Translations under genes and position numbers: made by a program
Part shown: piece after piece, positions 34,027 through 46,583 of the stretch
Layout: every line of letters begins with the position of its first letter
Position numbering within the stretch: position 1 is the first letter of the stretch
The notes under the pieces: generated by a model
Told to the model about the DNA's origin: nothing
Seen by the model: the letters and a program-made list of their open reading frames with translations, nothing else
Database searches by the model: none
Origin: Octopus sinensis
Lineage: Eukaryota
NCBI RefSeq assembly: GCF_006345805.1
Contig: NC_043013.1
Location: 42,780,001-42,844,000, forward strand
Length of the DNA: 64,000 nucleotides
Direction of reading: 5' to 3'

Positions 34027-36762
34027 AAATCAAGATATAAAAAGTGTCTTGTCGAAATATGATATCAAACAGAAAAGTGAAGCAATATACAAAAATATTT
34101 TCACCAACTGTAAATTTACGATGTTAAAGAAAGCAGCAGCTTTCTTGAATGATGGTGTTCAAGTTGAGCTCACAAAATCAAACCTCACCAACTGGATTAT
34201 AACAAGGATTGAAAACTTCCTCCCGGAGACTTGCAAAATGTGTGACAAACAGTACTGCATTACATTTGGCCAAAAACCAGCTTTGGCATGCTTCATCTGT
34301 GGACAAGGAATACACGAAGCGTGCTACTTAAAAAAGATAAATAACCACACCATTCCAGATATTCTAGGCCTACACTGGCTATGCGGTTATTGTTCACCAA
34401 GGGCCACAATAACGAATGAACCTAGGACCCTACCACAGACAGGCCGTTCTAAACAGACATTGATTGGCGAAACTGACATGGCAAATAAATCCTGCCACAC
34501 ACAGGCCATCCAAGTGCCTCTTGTAAATGACAAGAATGAAGACAATGACATGCAAACACCTACAAAACAAGAAACAGGAGATCCTGCAGAAAAAGACCAA
34601 ACTTCCCACGAAAAGAAACAGATTCAGAGCAAACACTCAAATGAAGAAAGGCCAGTATGTATCCATTACAGGAGCAACAAGTGCAAACATGGTCCTTCAG
34701 GTAAAGGGTGCACGTACAGTCACCCCAAACCATCCAAACCATATATCAACTTCGGTACTGATCGAAAAAAAGGATGCCAAAATGGCCGATAATGTGAACT
34801 CCTTCACCCAAAGATGTGCCGCAATTCGCTGAGAAAAAAAGAATGTTTTGGCGAGAATTGCAAATTTATGCACCGGAAGGGTACAATTCGCATAAAAACT
34901 ACTGAACCCACACCACCAGGACCAAGCTCAGCAGGGTATGAAAACCATTTCCCAAAAATGTGGAAACCAGGTCATGGCTCAACAGTGAATGAAAATCATG
35001 CTACTCAATTGCATACATCAGCTGTAACAAACCCAAACTCGCAGAAATTTGATATAGTAATGAATGAAAGCAGTTTTTTAGGCATAATCTACCAACTACA
35101 ACAACAGCTGTACTCCATACAGATGACTCAGCAAAACCAGGCAACATTGATACAAAGGCTGACACCTGGACTTACAGGGCACATACAACAAATACAGACA
35201 GCCAAGCAGAACGAATATCCAGTCAGCACAGTCCCAGCAACTACAACAGTCTTGCCAACAATAGGGCAGATGTATCCGATACAACAAGCATAATAACAGC
35301 AAATATCCAGGGTCTTTATCCGAAAACAAAACAGCGTAAAGTCCCTTTCTTGGAAGAAGTAGCAACAGAAAACAACTCCAAAATAATTGGAATTACTGAA
35401 AGTCATCTCAACGAAAACATCCGCAACAGCGAAATCACAATCAATAGATTCAACATCTTCAGATGTGATAGACAAGGCAGATCCCATGGGGGCGTTATCA
35501 TGTATATCCATGATACCTATGCATGCATAGAACTTGTCAATGAATCAAATGCCTACTGCAACCTGCTGTGCATAAAAATCATCCAACTTAATACAGTTGT
35601 AACAATAATGTACAGACCGCCAAACAGCCCAACATTATCCTTCACTGAGCCACTGACAAAGCTCCAACAAATTCTGGGAAACATGGCGAGTCCAATGCCA
35701 GACATTATCCTCCTTGGTGACTTCAACTTCCCTAACATCATCTGGCCACATGGACACATACTAAAACTGGGGACAAAAGCTGAACAAATACAGGCAGCCA
35801 AACTGTTGGAAGTCACAGAGAAATTATACCTCAAACAAATGATGACAGAAGCAACAAGAAATAATAATACGATCGACTTGGTTTTCACCAACAACGAGGA
35901 CACGCTATTTGACCTTCACTCAACCCCAACAATCCTTTCAGACCACAATATTATTGAAATGCATTTACACATTGGTAATGAGCCCAATGCTACAACTCTT
36001 AAACAAAAGGACATGCCAAAGCTATGCAGGTATGATTATCACCAGGCAAATTGGGAAACTATTAACAACCAGTTACAAATCATTGACTGGGATCTCTACC
36101 TTACTGGGCCAGATAAACACAAGAAATTCTTAAACAAGATCGAAGAAATATGTGCAAAAAATATTCATCTTAAGAAAACCAAATCCACAAAAAAACCTGT
36201 ACCACGAAAGATCCTGATGCGCAAAAGGTCAAGACTAAGAAACAAAACATCTAAGCTGACATCAAAACATGAATTACAGAAAGTCCTTGACCAAATATAC
36301 AGATTAGAAGACAATCTAAAACAACACTATGATGAAGAACGTAACAATGCAGAAAAGAGAGCCATAGAAAACATCAAGAAAAATCCAAAATGTTTCTACA
36401 GTTTTGCAAAGAAATACTCGAATACCAAGTCAACAATAGGACCTCTCCAGAGACAAAATGGGGATGTAGTGAATAACCCTATTGAAATGGCAGAAATGTT
36501 GGGTCAACAGTATGAAAGTGTCTTCAGTGAGCCATCTAAAACCATGAAGATCCATGACCCAGGAAAATTCTTCAAGGATATCGACCATACTAAACCTACC
36601 CTATCCAACATTGATTTCAACCCAGAAGACATAGAAAGAGCCATAGACAAGCTCTCCATGCACTCGGCTGCGGGGCCTGACAGTTTCAATGCCATGATAC
36701 TTAAAAACTGCAAGGTACAATTGTTGAAACCCCTTTACATAATATGGAGGGAATCTATGGAG
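34027..36762 (+). mobile_element. CR1/L2-group LINE, 5' part: ORF1 (PHD plus CCCH fingers; stop at 34790) and ORF2 APE to RT start
   Basis: PHD C..C...CFIC...HEAC...WLCGYC. APE motifs NIQGL, ITESHL, DRQGRSHGGV, GDFNFP and SDH. RT-proximal SAAGPD. Confidence 0.85.
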
Positions 36763-39700
36763 AATTCAACTTCCTTTCTTCTTCAACTCAACTTCCGGTC
36801 GATACCCACAGCAAGTTTTTAAAAATTTATCTTATTATTTTTATTTTTCCATACATAGCACGGCATACATTCATTCACTGTTACAACATTTATTCATACG
36901 TTGCCACTGTTAAATGTCTCAAGTTGAAATAACGATTTGTCTTTCCTATCTCTCTCACTACGAAATTTAACCTTTTTAGGCTACCTTCAAGCATTAACCC
37001 CATCTTTCCGCCATAACTTGATTTGGCTTTCCTATCTCTCTCTCTATGAAATTTAACCTTTTTTAGGCTACCTTCAAGCATTAACCCCATCTTTCCGCCA
37101 TAACTTGATTTGGCTTTCCTATCTCTCTCTCTATGAAATTTAACCTTTTTTAGGCTACCTTCAAGCATTAACCCCATCTTTCCGCCATAACTTGATTTGG
37201 CTTTCCTATCTCTCTCACTACGAAATTTAACCTTTTTAGGCTACCTTCAAGCATTAACCCCATCTTTCCACCATAACTTGATTTGGCTTTCCTATCTCTC
37301 TCTCTACAAAATTTAACCTTTTTAGGCTACCTTCAAGCCTTAATCCCATCTTTCCACCATCGACGGTCTTTCCTCCTCTTCTTCTTCTTCTTCTCAAACT
37401 TGAAAATCACCATTACAATTTACAATTCCCAATTCAACTTCCTTTCTTCTTCAACTCAACTTCCGGTCGATACCCACAGCAAGTTTTTAAAAATTTATCT
37501 TATTATTTTTATTTTTCCATACATAGCACGGCATACATTCATTCGCTGTTACAACATTTATTCATACGTTGCCACTGTTAAATGTCTCAAGTTGAAATAA
37601 CGATTTGTCTTTCCTATCTCTCTCACTACGAAATTTAACCTTTTTAGGCTACCTTCAAGCATTAACCCCATCTTTCCGCCATAACTTGATTTGGCTTTCC
37701 TATCTCTCTCTCTACGAAATTTAACCTTTTTAGGCTACCTTCAAGCCTTAATCCCATCTTTCCCCATCTTTCCGCCATCGACGGTGCGCCCGCCCCCCCA
37801 CCCCCACCACCAATACCGGTGAACACTGTTCTCACCATCTACACCGGATACGCCCTACTCCCTCCTCCTCCCCCACCACCCCTTCCTACCCCTTCTCCTC
37901 ATATGCTTTCACTGTGAAAAGACAAGCTGCTAGCACCACAGCTCATCAACTGCCCACTGATCTTACGCTTCCTCCTGACACTGCCTCAATCCGACTATCT
38001 CCTTCCAGTCCCCTCCGTAATATCCTACGTTTTTATTTCTTACGAACCTACACCAACCCTTCCTGCCATCGTTCCTCCTTACCCCAACCTTCCCCACTGG
38101 TGCTCCCCTATATTGACCGCACCCCCTCTACTATCTCTCCCTCTCTTTTCACTGGTGAAACCTTTCTCAGCTGGACCCCCCCCAACTCAACTCTAGAATA
38201 TCTGTATTTTTCCTCCTTACTACGCTACCTAATTACGTTACTCAGTGACGATAACGAATGTCCACTGCTAACACCAGCTCCTGTCCACAGCGTGGACAGG
38301 TCGGAAGAGAGATCAAAAGAAAAATGCCACAAAAACTATCACCACCACAACAACCCTCCTCTTCTCAGGCGCTGAATTCCCCCCCTCCCCCCACATCTCC
38401 TTCCCAGTTTTCAGAGTTGGCACTATCAATGTTGGTACATTGACAGGCAAGTCTAGTGAGATTGTAGAGATGCTAGAGAGAAGACAGGTTGATGTATGCT
38501 GCATACAAGAGGTAAGATGGAGCTGTGCTTCAGCTAGGGTCCTCACGGGCAAGGCACTTAGGTACAAACTCTTCTGGCAAGGTAACGTGGAAGGTGTAGG
38601 GGGTGTAGGCATTCTCCTTGCGGAGAAATGGGTGGATGAGGTCATAGAGGTTGTCAGGGTTTGCGATAGAGTGCTTAAGCTCAGGTTGGTCCTACAGAAT
38701 GGCACAGCTATGATTATCTCCGCCTATGCCCCACAAGCGGGACTACCAAATGATCAGAAGGACAACTTTTATGATACCCTTCTGCAGGCTACTTCAAAGA
38801 CTAGTAGCAAGGACCTCATCTTTGTAGGTGGAGATTTTAATGGGCATGTTGGGCGGGAATCGGGTATCTTCACTGGGGTACATGGTGGCTATGGTATTGG
38901 CACCAGAAATGATGAGGGAACTAGACTGCTGGAATTCTGTGATGCATGTAACCTTTCAATCTGCAACACTAACTTCAAGAAGCCAGTCTGCCACCTTATA
39001 ACTTATCAGTCAGGAGACTCCGCTAGCCAAATAGACTTCATCCTCACCAGACAGCGGGATGCAGGGTTGCTCTTGAATACAAAGACCCTCCCGGGTGAAG
39101 AATGTATCCCTCAGCATAGACTAATCATCAGTGACTTTAAGCTTGAGGCCAGAAGGACTCCAAGAAACAAACCAATCCAGAAAAGAAGGATTTGGAGGCT
39201 AAAGAACCCTTCACATGGTCAGAAATTTAGGGACATACTCATCAAGAAATTTGATGAGAGGGAGGAGGAGCTTCAGACATCAGACATAGAAGGTAGCTGG
39301 GAATTCCTACGGGACAGCTTGCTGAGTGCCACAGACCGAGTCTGTGGATGGTGCAAAGTCCCTTCCAGATCTAGAATTACATGGTGGTGGAATAGTGCAG
39401 TAGATAAAGCCATCTGTAAAAAGAGACGGGCCTGGAAAGCCTGGAAGGATGGGGGCAGCAGGGAACTGTACCAGATAGCCAAAAGGAGGCTGGGCGGCAG
39501 GTATACATAGCCAAAGATGTAGCAGAAAAGAAGAAGTTTGCCAATGTCCAGCAACGCGAGGATCAAAGAGCTGAAGTATTTCGGATTGCCAGACAGTGTG
39601 TCAGAGAAAATAGTGATGTTATAGGAGAGAAATGTGTCCGCATGGATGATGGGGCACTTGCTTTTACTGCTAGTGAAAAGAAAGAGGCTTGGAGAAGCCA

Positions 39701-41758
39701 TTATGAAAGACTGCTGAATGAGGAGAATGAATGGGAGGAGGAGAGCCTGCCAAATGTTGACCCAGTAGAGGGACCAGCTACCCGAATAGACAGCTCCCTT
39801 GTAGATAAGGCAATTAAGGATATGAAACCAGGCAAAGCCCCTGGCCTATCAGGAATCACTGCTGAGATGCTTAAAACAGCTGGCTATGTGGGCTATACCA
39901 TAGTCACCCGCATTGTAAACCAGGTAGTTCACAATGGAGTCATACCCAATGACTGGTGCAGCAGCACCATAGTCAACTGCTACAAGGGTAAGGGTGATGC
40001 TCTAGATAGAAATAACTACAGAGGTATCAAACTGTTGGACCAGGTGATGAAGGTCTCAGAGAAGGTCATAACCCATCTCATTAGGGAGAGAATTTGTTTA
40101 GATGAAACGCAGTTTGGTTTTGTACCAGGTAGAAGCACCACTGATGCTATATTCCTGGTCCGACAACTGCAGGAGAAGTACCTAGCTAAAGATAAACCCC
40201 TCTACATAGCTTTTGTAGACTTGGAGAAAGCCTTTGACAGGGTTCCCCGTTCCCTCATCTGGTGGTCGATGCGGAAACTGGAGATTGAAGAATGGCTAAT
40301 AAGGGCTGTACAGGCTCTATACAGAGAGGCTGTCAGCAAGGTTAGGATTGGCAACGAATATAGTGAAGAATTCCAGGTAGAAGTAGGTGTGCACCAGGGC
40401 TCAGCCCTCAGTCCCCTTTTATTCATCATAGTCCTTCAGGCAATAACAGAGGAATTCAAAACGGGATGCTCCTGGGAGCTCCTCTATGCCGATGACCTAG
40501 CTCTCATAGCAGAATCACTACCGGAACTAGAAGAGAAATTTCGGGTGTGGAAGCAAGGGTTGGAATCAAAGGGCCTTAGAATAAATGTAGCAAAGACCAA
40601 AGTATTAGTAAGCAGCAAGAGGTACTCAGCACACACCCCCTCGGGTAGGTGGCCCTGCTCAATCTGTAGGAAAGGTACAGGTAGAAACTCCATAAGATGC
40701 ACCCAATGTAAGTTATGGACACATAAGAGGTGCAGCAACATTAAAGGGAAATTAACAGATAAGATAGCTTTCATGTGCGGCAGATGCACAGGGACAATAG
40801 ACACAACAGACACTCAGAAAACAGATTCCATCACACTCCAGGGAGAGAAACTAGAAGTAGTTGATAGTTTCCGCTACCTGGGTGACCAAGTTAGTAGCGG
40901 AGGTGGATGCACAGGGAGTATCACCACTAGAATACGAATAGCCTGGGCAAAGTTCAGAAAGCTCCTACCCCTACTGGCAACAAAAGGTCTCTCCCTCAGA
41001 GCGAAAGGTAGATTGTATGATGCACGTGTGCGAACTGCCATGCTTCACGGTAATAAAACATGGGCTGTGACTGCAGAGGACATGCGTAGACTTGAAAGAA
41101 ATGAAGCTAGCATGATCCGCTGGATGTGTAGTGTCAGTGTGCACGCAAGACAGAGTGTAAGCATCCTAAGAGAAATGCTGGATATAAGAAGCATCAGATG
41201 TGGTGTGCAAGAGCGACGCTTACGATGGTATGGTCATGTGCTGCGGATGGATGAAGAGAGATGTGTGAAGAAGTGCCACTCCCAAACAGTTGAAGGTATC
41301 AGGGGGAGAGGTAGACCCAGGAAGACATGGGATGAGGTAGTCAAGCATGACCTCAGAGCATTGGGCCTCACTGAGGCAATGGCGAAGGACCGAGATCTCT
41401 GGAGATATGCTGTGACTGCAAAGACCCGGGCTGCTTTCTGCAGCAATTCCACATACCCCCTACCCATTCAAAGTACCCCGGATCCCCAAAGTACCTGGAC
41501 CCAGTTGCCCCCGTGCCGCTGGCACGTTAAAAGCTCGAACCGATCGTGACCGATGCCGGACCCCCCGGCCCCTGTGCAGGTGGCACGTAAAAAGCACCCA
41601 ATCCACCCACGGAGTGGTTGGCGTTAGGAAGGGCATCCAGCCGTAGAAACTCTGCCAAATCAGACTGGAGCCTGGAGCGGCCCCTGGCTTCCCAGACCCC
41701 GGTCGAACCGTCCAACCCGTGCTAGCGCTGAAAACGGACGTTAAACGATGATGATGAT
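36763..41758 (+). mobile_element. RTE-clade LINE, family 2, copy B, inserted in the CR1
   Basis: Near-identical to copy A. Two 1-nt deletions in G and A runs near 39485-39530; (GAT)n tail ends at 41758. Confidence 0.92.
36940..37760. repeat. 86-87-bp monomer arrays (5 + 2 copies) within a 668-bp duplication in RTE-2B 5' region
   Basis: CTTTCCTATC at 36941, 37027, 37114, 37201, 37287, 37609 and 37695. AATTCAACTTCC at 36763 and 37431. Confidence 0.9.
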
Positions 41759-42143
41759 ACAAAGAAGCACACATAACTCCAATACATAAAGGGGACAGCA
41801 AATCAAAACCAAAGAACTACCGACCAATCTCACTGACATCACACATTATCAAGGTCTTCGAAAGAATAGTTCGTGGAAAACTGGTTGAGTTCCTGGAATC
41901 CAACAATCTGATGAATTGCAACCAGCATGGATTCAGGTTAGGTAGATCATGTCTTTCCCAACTACTGGCACACCATGACCAAATCCTAGAAAATCTAGAG
42001 AATGGATACAACACAGATGTTATTTACCTCGAATTTGCCAAGGCATTTGACAAGGTAGATCATGGCATCCTGGGTGACAAACTTCGAAAGCTAGGAGTAG
42101 GAGGAAAAGTTGGTACATGGATACATGAGTTCCTTACAAACAG
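41759..42143 (+). mobile_element. CR1/L2-group LINE, continuation (RT N-terminal part, then truncated)
   Basis: KEAHITPIHKG..NYRPISLTS..QHGFRLGRSCLSQL..FAKAFDKVDH. Confidence 0.88.
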
Positions 42144-43615
42144 TCACTGTGAATGGAACCCCACGGAGGCCCGTTTTCGCCATGTCCACATCGATCTGGT
42201 TGGACCATGACCTGTGAGTCGCGGGTTTTATCTGTTAACTTGTGTCGATCGCTTCTCCCGCTGGCCAGAAGCCATTCCGATAGCAGACATTTCTGCTGAG
42301 ACTGTTGCGCGAGCTTTCGTTTCAAACTGGATTTCTCGCTTCGGAGTCCCGTCCCGATTGACTACTGATCGTGGACGTCAGTTTGAAGCCTCGCTATTTC
42401 GCGAATTGTCGCGCATTTTAGGTGTGCATCATATCCACACTACTAGCTACCATCCAGCGTCTAATGGATTAGTTGAACGGTTCCATAGACAGCTCAAGGC
42501 CGCTCTTCGTGCCTCTTCAGATCCACAGTCCTGGATTGAATTTCTGCCCATTGTGCTTCTCGGTTGTCGGACTGCTGTCAAGGCAGACCTGGGGTTTTCT
42601 GCTGCAGAGCTGCTGTATGGTACCACACTGGCATTGCCTGGTACGATGTTGGTGCCAGACACTTCCCAGCCCCATGATCCGGCGACCTATGTCACCAGAC
42701 TGCGTGCATATTTCTCGAACCTTCCACCCATGGTTCCCAGGAAGCAATCTCCACCATCCCATCTCCCACCGGATATGGACACTTGGTCGCATGTTTTTGT
42801 TCGGGGCGACTTGTTTCTCCCTATAAAGGACCTTTCCGTGTGCTTTCTCGCACACCTAAGGTTTTCACTATTGAAATAAATGGTCATTCGGAGACCGTTT
42901 CCGTGGACCGATTAAAGAAAGCATATTTTGAGACATCTTCATCTTTTGTTGACAACCTTGCCACACCCACCTATGCACCTTCACCTGCACAGACACCTTT
43001 GCCTTCGCCGGCTCCTACAACACCATCCTTGCCATCAACGGGTGCCCAGAGCACACCGTATGTTACAAGATCGGGCAGAACAGTGCATTGGCCCAAGAAA
43101 CTTTCAAAGACAATCTATATTGAACTTACTTTCAAATTTCTTGTTTTTTTTGTATGATATTATGTACCAAATCTTCTGGGGGATCGGCAAGCCATCTGTT
43201 TTTCTGCAGCTCCACTACAAATATTCTTGTTTTCGTACTTCCGCACTCGAGGGGGAGCCATGTAGTGATGCTACTGTGTAAGGTTCAGCGCGCATGCACA
43301 GAATGGGACTACTTCCGGGTGGCCACCGGAAGTCTTCCCCATGTGCATGTGCGGGAAACTGACCCCCTAAGGGACACAGACTCATTCATTCTCTCTGGCC
43401 GTTCAGCCATCGTGAACAGACGTGCATTGGTAGTCTCTGATAACCACACCGACTTAGCCGTGGACGACATCGAACCACTTCAACCAACGAACAAGAAGCT
43501 GTACAACAGATTCGGCTGTCGTTTTCCCATCAGATATACGTACGCCATCGCGATTAATAAACAAACTGCTGTCTTTCACCGATAACCTGACTTCGTCTGT
43601 TATATCTAACTAAAT
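42144..43615 (+). mobile_element. Gypsy integrase, PPT and 3' LTR (LTR end approximate)
   Basis: [28 protein letters not shown] and [29 protein letters not shown] then TGTAGTGAT at 43261. Confidence 0.85.
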
Positions 43616-43804
43616 TGTATGTGACGGGATCGGATCGACACCCTTTCAGTGATACCGATACCAGATCCTGTTACAAGACCTATGAGCGCTTCGTGTTTAA
43701 TAGACGCGTTCAGAAAGAATGTGAAACATTTGAGACTTTTCAGAGCAGTGTTTGCTGTCTCGTGAAAACATACAACTATTGTCTGAACTGTGTGGACTCT
43801 ATTA

Positions 43805-44129
43805 TCTCTCTATATATAAAGCTGAAGTTGTCTGTGTATGGCAGGTTTGATAGCTTTCAACTAACACTATCTCCTCCGAGACCCTGCGGCGCAAGTTGAC
43901 CAAAATTGACACCAAAAATTATTTACATCAAAAAGGTGCTTTTTTTCTATGAAAATCCCTATTTTTTACGATTTTTTTACTGCTGTGTCGCCATTTTCGG
44001 TGTATTTCAACCAGAAAAACGTTCACTTAAAGAGAATAACAAGCTACATAATGCAAAATGTTTACTTTTCAAAAATTTCAATTCTAAAGGGTCGAAACAA
44101 ACCCGAACAACACCAGGCGATACTGCTAG
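43805..44129 (+). mobile_element. Non-autonomous Helitron
   Basis: A|TC 5' end, degenerate 3' hairpin and CTAG|T end. Both termini resemble 46191-46583. Confidence 0.7.
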
Positions 44130-44194
44130 TTAAAGATAGATTGGTTCTATATCAGACCAAACAACACAGCAATCTTTTCTTCATGAGAAGAATT

Positions 44195-45560
44195 TAACAC
44201 TTCAGCAGTGTATTGACATTTGTAAAGCTGCTGAAAATGCTTCAGTCCAATCAAAAATTCTGAAGCCCAAGATGGTGAATGCAGTTCAGTCCAAAACTAA
44301 ATCTAAGAGTGTTATTTCTAAGAAAAAGAAATCTTTTGAACAAGGTCGATCAAGTGGTGCTCCTAAATCAGATGAGTGTGACTGTAAGTTCTGTGGGTCT
44401 CGACAGAGGAATCGACAACACTTATGAGAATCGAAAAAAATCATGACCCTGTCTTGAGCAAAACACGTCAACTGATCTTTTAAAGAACAGAAAGGAAAAA
44501 AAGACACATTCTTTTCATGCCAGCTCAGGGATCCAGAAATGAGATACAGCACCTTCGTGCATGAGATGCTAGCCATTTACCTAGCAGTCTTGAATTTTTA
44601 CCATTTTCTTGTTTGGTGTGATTTTGTGGTTTTCACAGATCACAAACCGTTGACGTTCATCCTCCGTTCAAAATCAGACAAATACTCGACCCTTTATCTC
44701 ACAATTTACAAGTGATATACACCACCTTTCTGATGTGGACAATGTCCCTGCAGATGCACTGTCAAGACTTCCAGTTTGTTTTTTGTCTCCAGCTGCAATT
44801 GATCTGGTCATGCTTGCTACCAACCAGCCCTTTCTGCAATCAATTGACACCTCATCTCCACCATTCATTCAACGTCGTTTGGAGTACTAACCCTTGTCAA
44901 CAACAGATGGAACTATCCTTTGTGACATACCTACAGGATCACCTCACCCTCTTCTTCCTGACAACCATCGCTGAAGCATGTTCAACACCTTGCACTCCTT
45001 ATCTCACACAGGTATTGCAGCCTTGGTCAAGTGCATCACGGCCCGCTTTTTCCAGCCAGACATGTGCCAAGATATTACCACTTGGTCTCAATCCTGTCAT
45101 CAGTGCCAGCGTTTCAATATCCATACAAACATCCGTTTGCCACTTACGACTTTCATAAGTTTAGTTCCAATGAGACAAGGAAACTGTGGCACTGTGAGAT
45201 TCACAATACATGTCGTACCGAGAATAAACCAGCTAAACCAATAATTATTTCAACAATCAACAAAAACTGCTACCAAAGATCTGTCTCACTATGTTGACCA
45301 TTTGCAATCATACTTATATGATTTACCACTGATGAACACCCGGTCACAATCTCTGAAGTCTGCAGTACCAAAGGACATTGCTTCATGGACCCGTGTGTTC
45401 ATATGCAACAACTCAGTGAGAGGTCTTCTCTCAGCTCCATAGATCAGGCCTTATCAAGTTCTGCAATGTGCAGACAAAGTTTTCACCATAGGCCTTAAGA
45501 GTAGAAAAGAAACTGTTTCAGTTGATAGACTCAAGAAGGCACACACAAATATAACACAGG
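44195..45560 (+). mobile_element. Decayed Gypsy gag fragment plus RNase H-integrase relic
   Basis: QCIDICKAAE..CKFCGSR, RYSTFVHEMLAIYLAV, VFTDHKPLTF, HSLSHTGI..CHQCQR and ETVSVDRLKKA. Confidence 0.65.
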
Positions 45561-45764
45561 CAGTGAAAAAGAGTTCATATGAAAGAGAGAGAGAGACAGA
45601 CAGGCAAGCAGGTGGGCAGACAGAGGAATGGAGAAACAAAAATGTCAAGAAGTGTTGTATCTATGGCAATAACACTGTGGAGGAAAAAACTGCAACTGTC
45701 TGCTTCATATCAACTCACTGATACTGAAGGGAAAATAAACAACAGCAGTGATAATAATCCTTCC

Positions 45765-45960
45765 TACTGTAGGTACAAGACCCGAAATTTGGGGGGACAG
45801 GACTAGTCGATTACATCGACCCCACTGTTTCACTGCTAGTTAATTTATCAACCCCAAAAGGATGAAAGGCAAAGTTGACCTTGGCAGAATTTGGATAGGC
45901 GAAATACCACTAAGTGTTTCGTCCAGCATGCTAACAATTCTGCCAGTTCACCACCTTAAT
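45765..45960 (-). mobile_element. SINE family 2 (tRNA-derived, Nin/Deu-like central domain), partial
   Basis: Matches copies at 48225, 53482, 55890 and 57350 (reverse of CTTTGCCTTTCATCCTTT.GGGGTCGATAAATT). Confidence 0.65.
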
Positions 45961-46190
45961 AGCAGTGATAATAATAACAACAATATGAACAAATTGAAGA
46001 ACAGCAACAACAACAAGAACACATCTGTTACAAATCATACAACAATAGCACATAGAATGGTGGGTACCATCATCAGTCATTTCAATAAGAAGAGACATAA
46101 TTTGGTAAGTTCAAATTTTCTACCAGGAGAGAAAGTAAAGATTCAGAGGAAACCCTAATTTATAAATAAATTTTTTAAAAATCTATATAA

Positions 46191-46583
46191 TCCTTATATA
46201 TAAAAGTGAAGTTGTGTGTCTGTCTCCTACGATTTAGATTCCTAACTACTCCCACATTTTGCGGTGCAGTGTAACCAAAAGCGGGTATCTTATAGTCGTG
46301 ATTCATATCGAGCCCTTCTGGGTATTAGCGCGCGTCTACGATGAGTCTACGATTTTTAAAAAAATTACCATAATTTTTTCCCATTTTTAATGCATTTTTT
46401 GCTATTATATAAGGGAAGTAACTCTCTAAAAATGTATTATTAAATCTCAGAACGTAAAAAGCTACAGTAACACGTCCCTTTGTGGTTAGCCATATTGAGA
46501 TGGCTATTATACTTTACATCTCTAAAAATGCTTATATAGTTATTTCCCTTACAAACCCGAGCAACGTCGGGCGATACTGCTAG
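46191..46583 (+). mobile_element. Non-autonomous Helitron
   Basis: A|TC start, hairpin CCCGAGCAACGTCGGG at 46556-46571 and CTAG|T end. Confidence 0.8.

Noticed and set aside
39480-39535. Programmed frameshifting in RTE-2B
   Set aside because: Copy A is in frame here and the changes are 1-nt losses in homopolymers; mutation or sequencing error.
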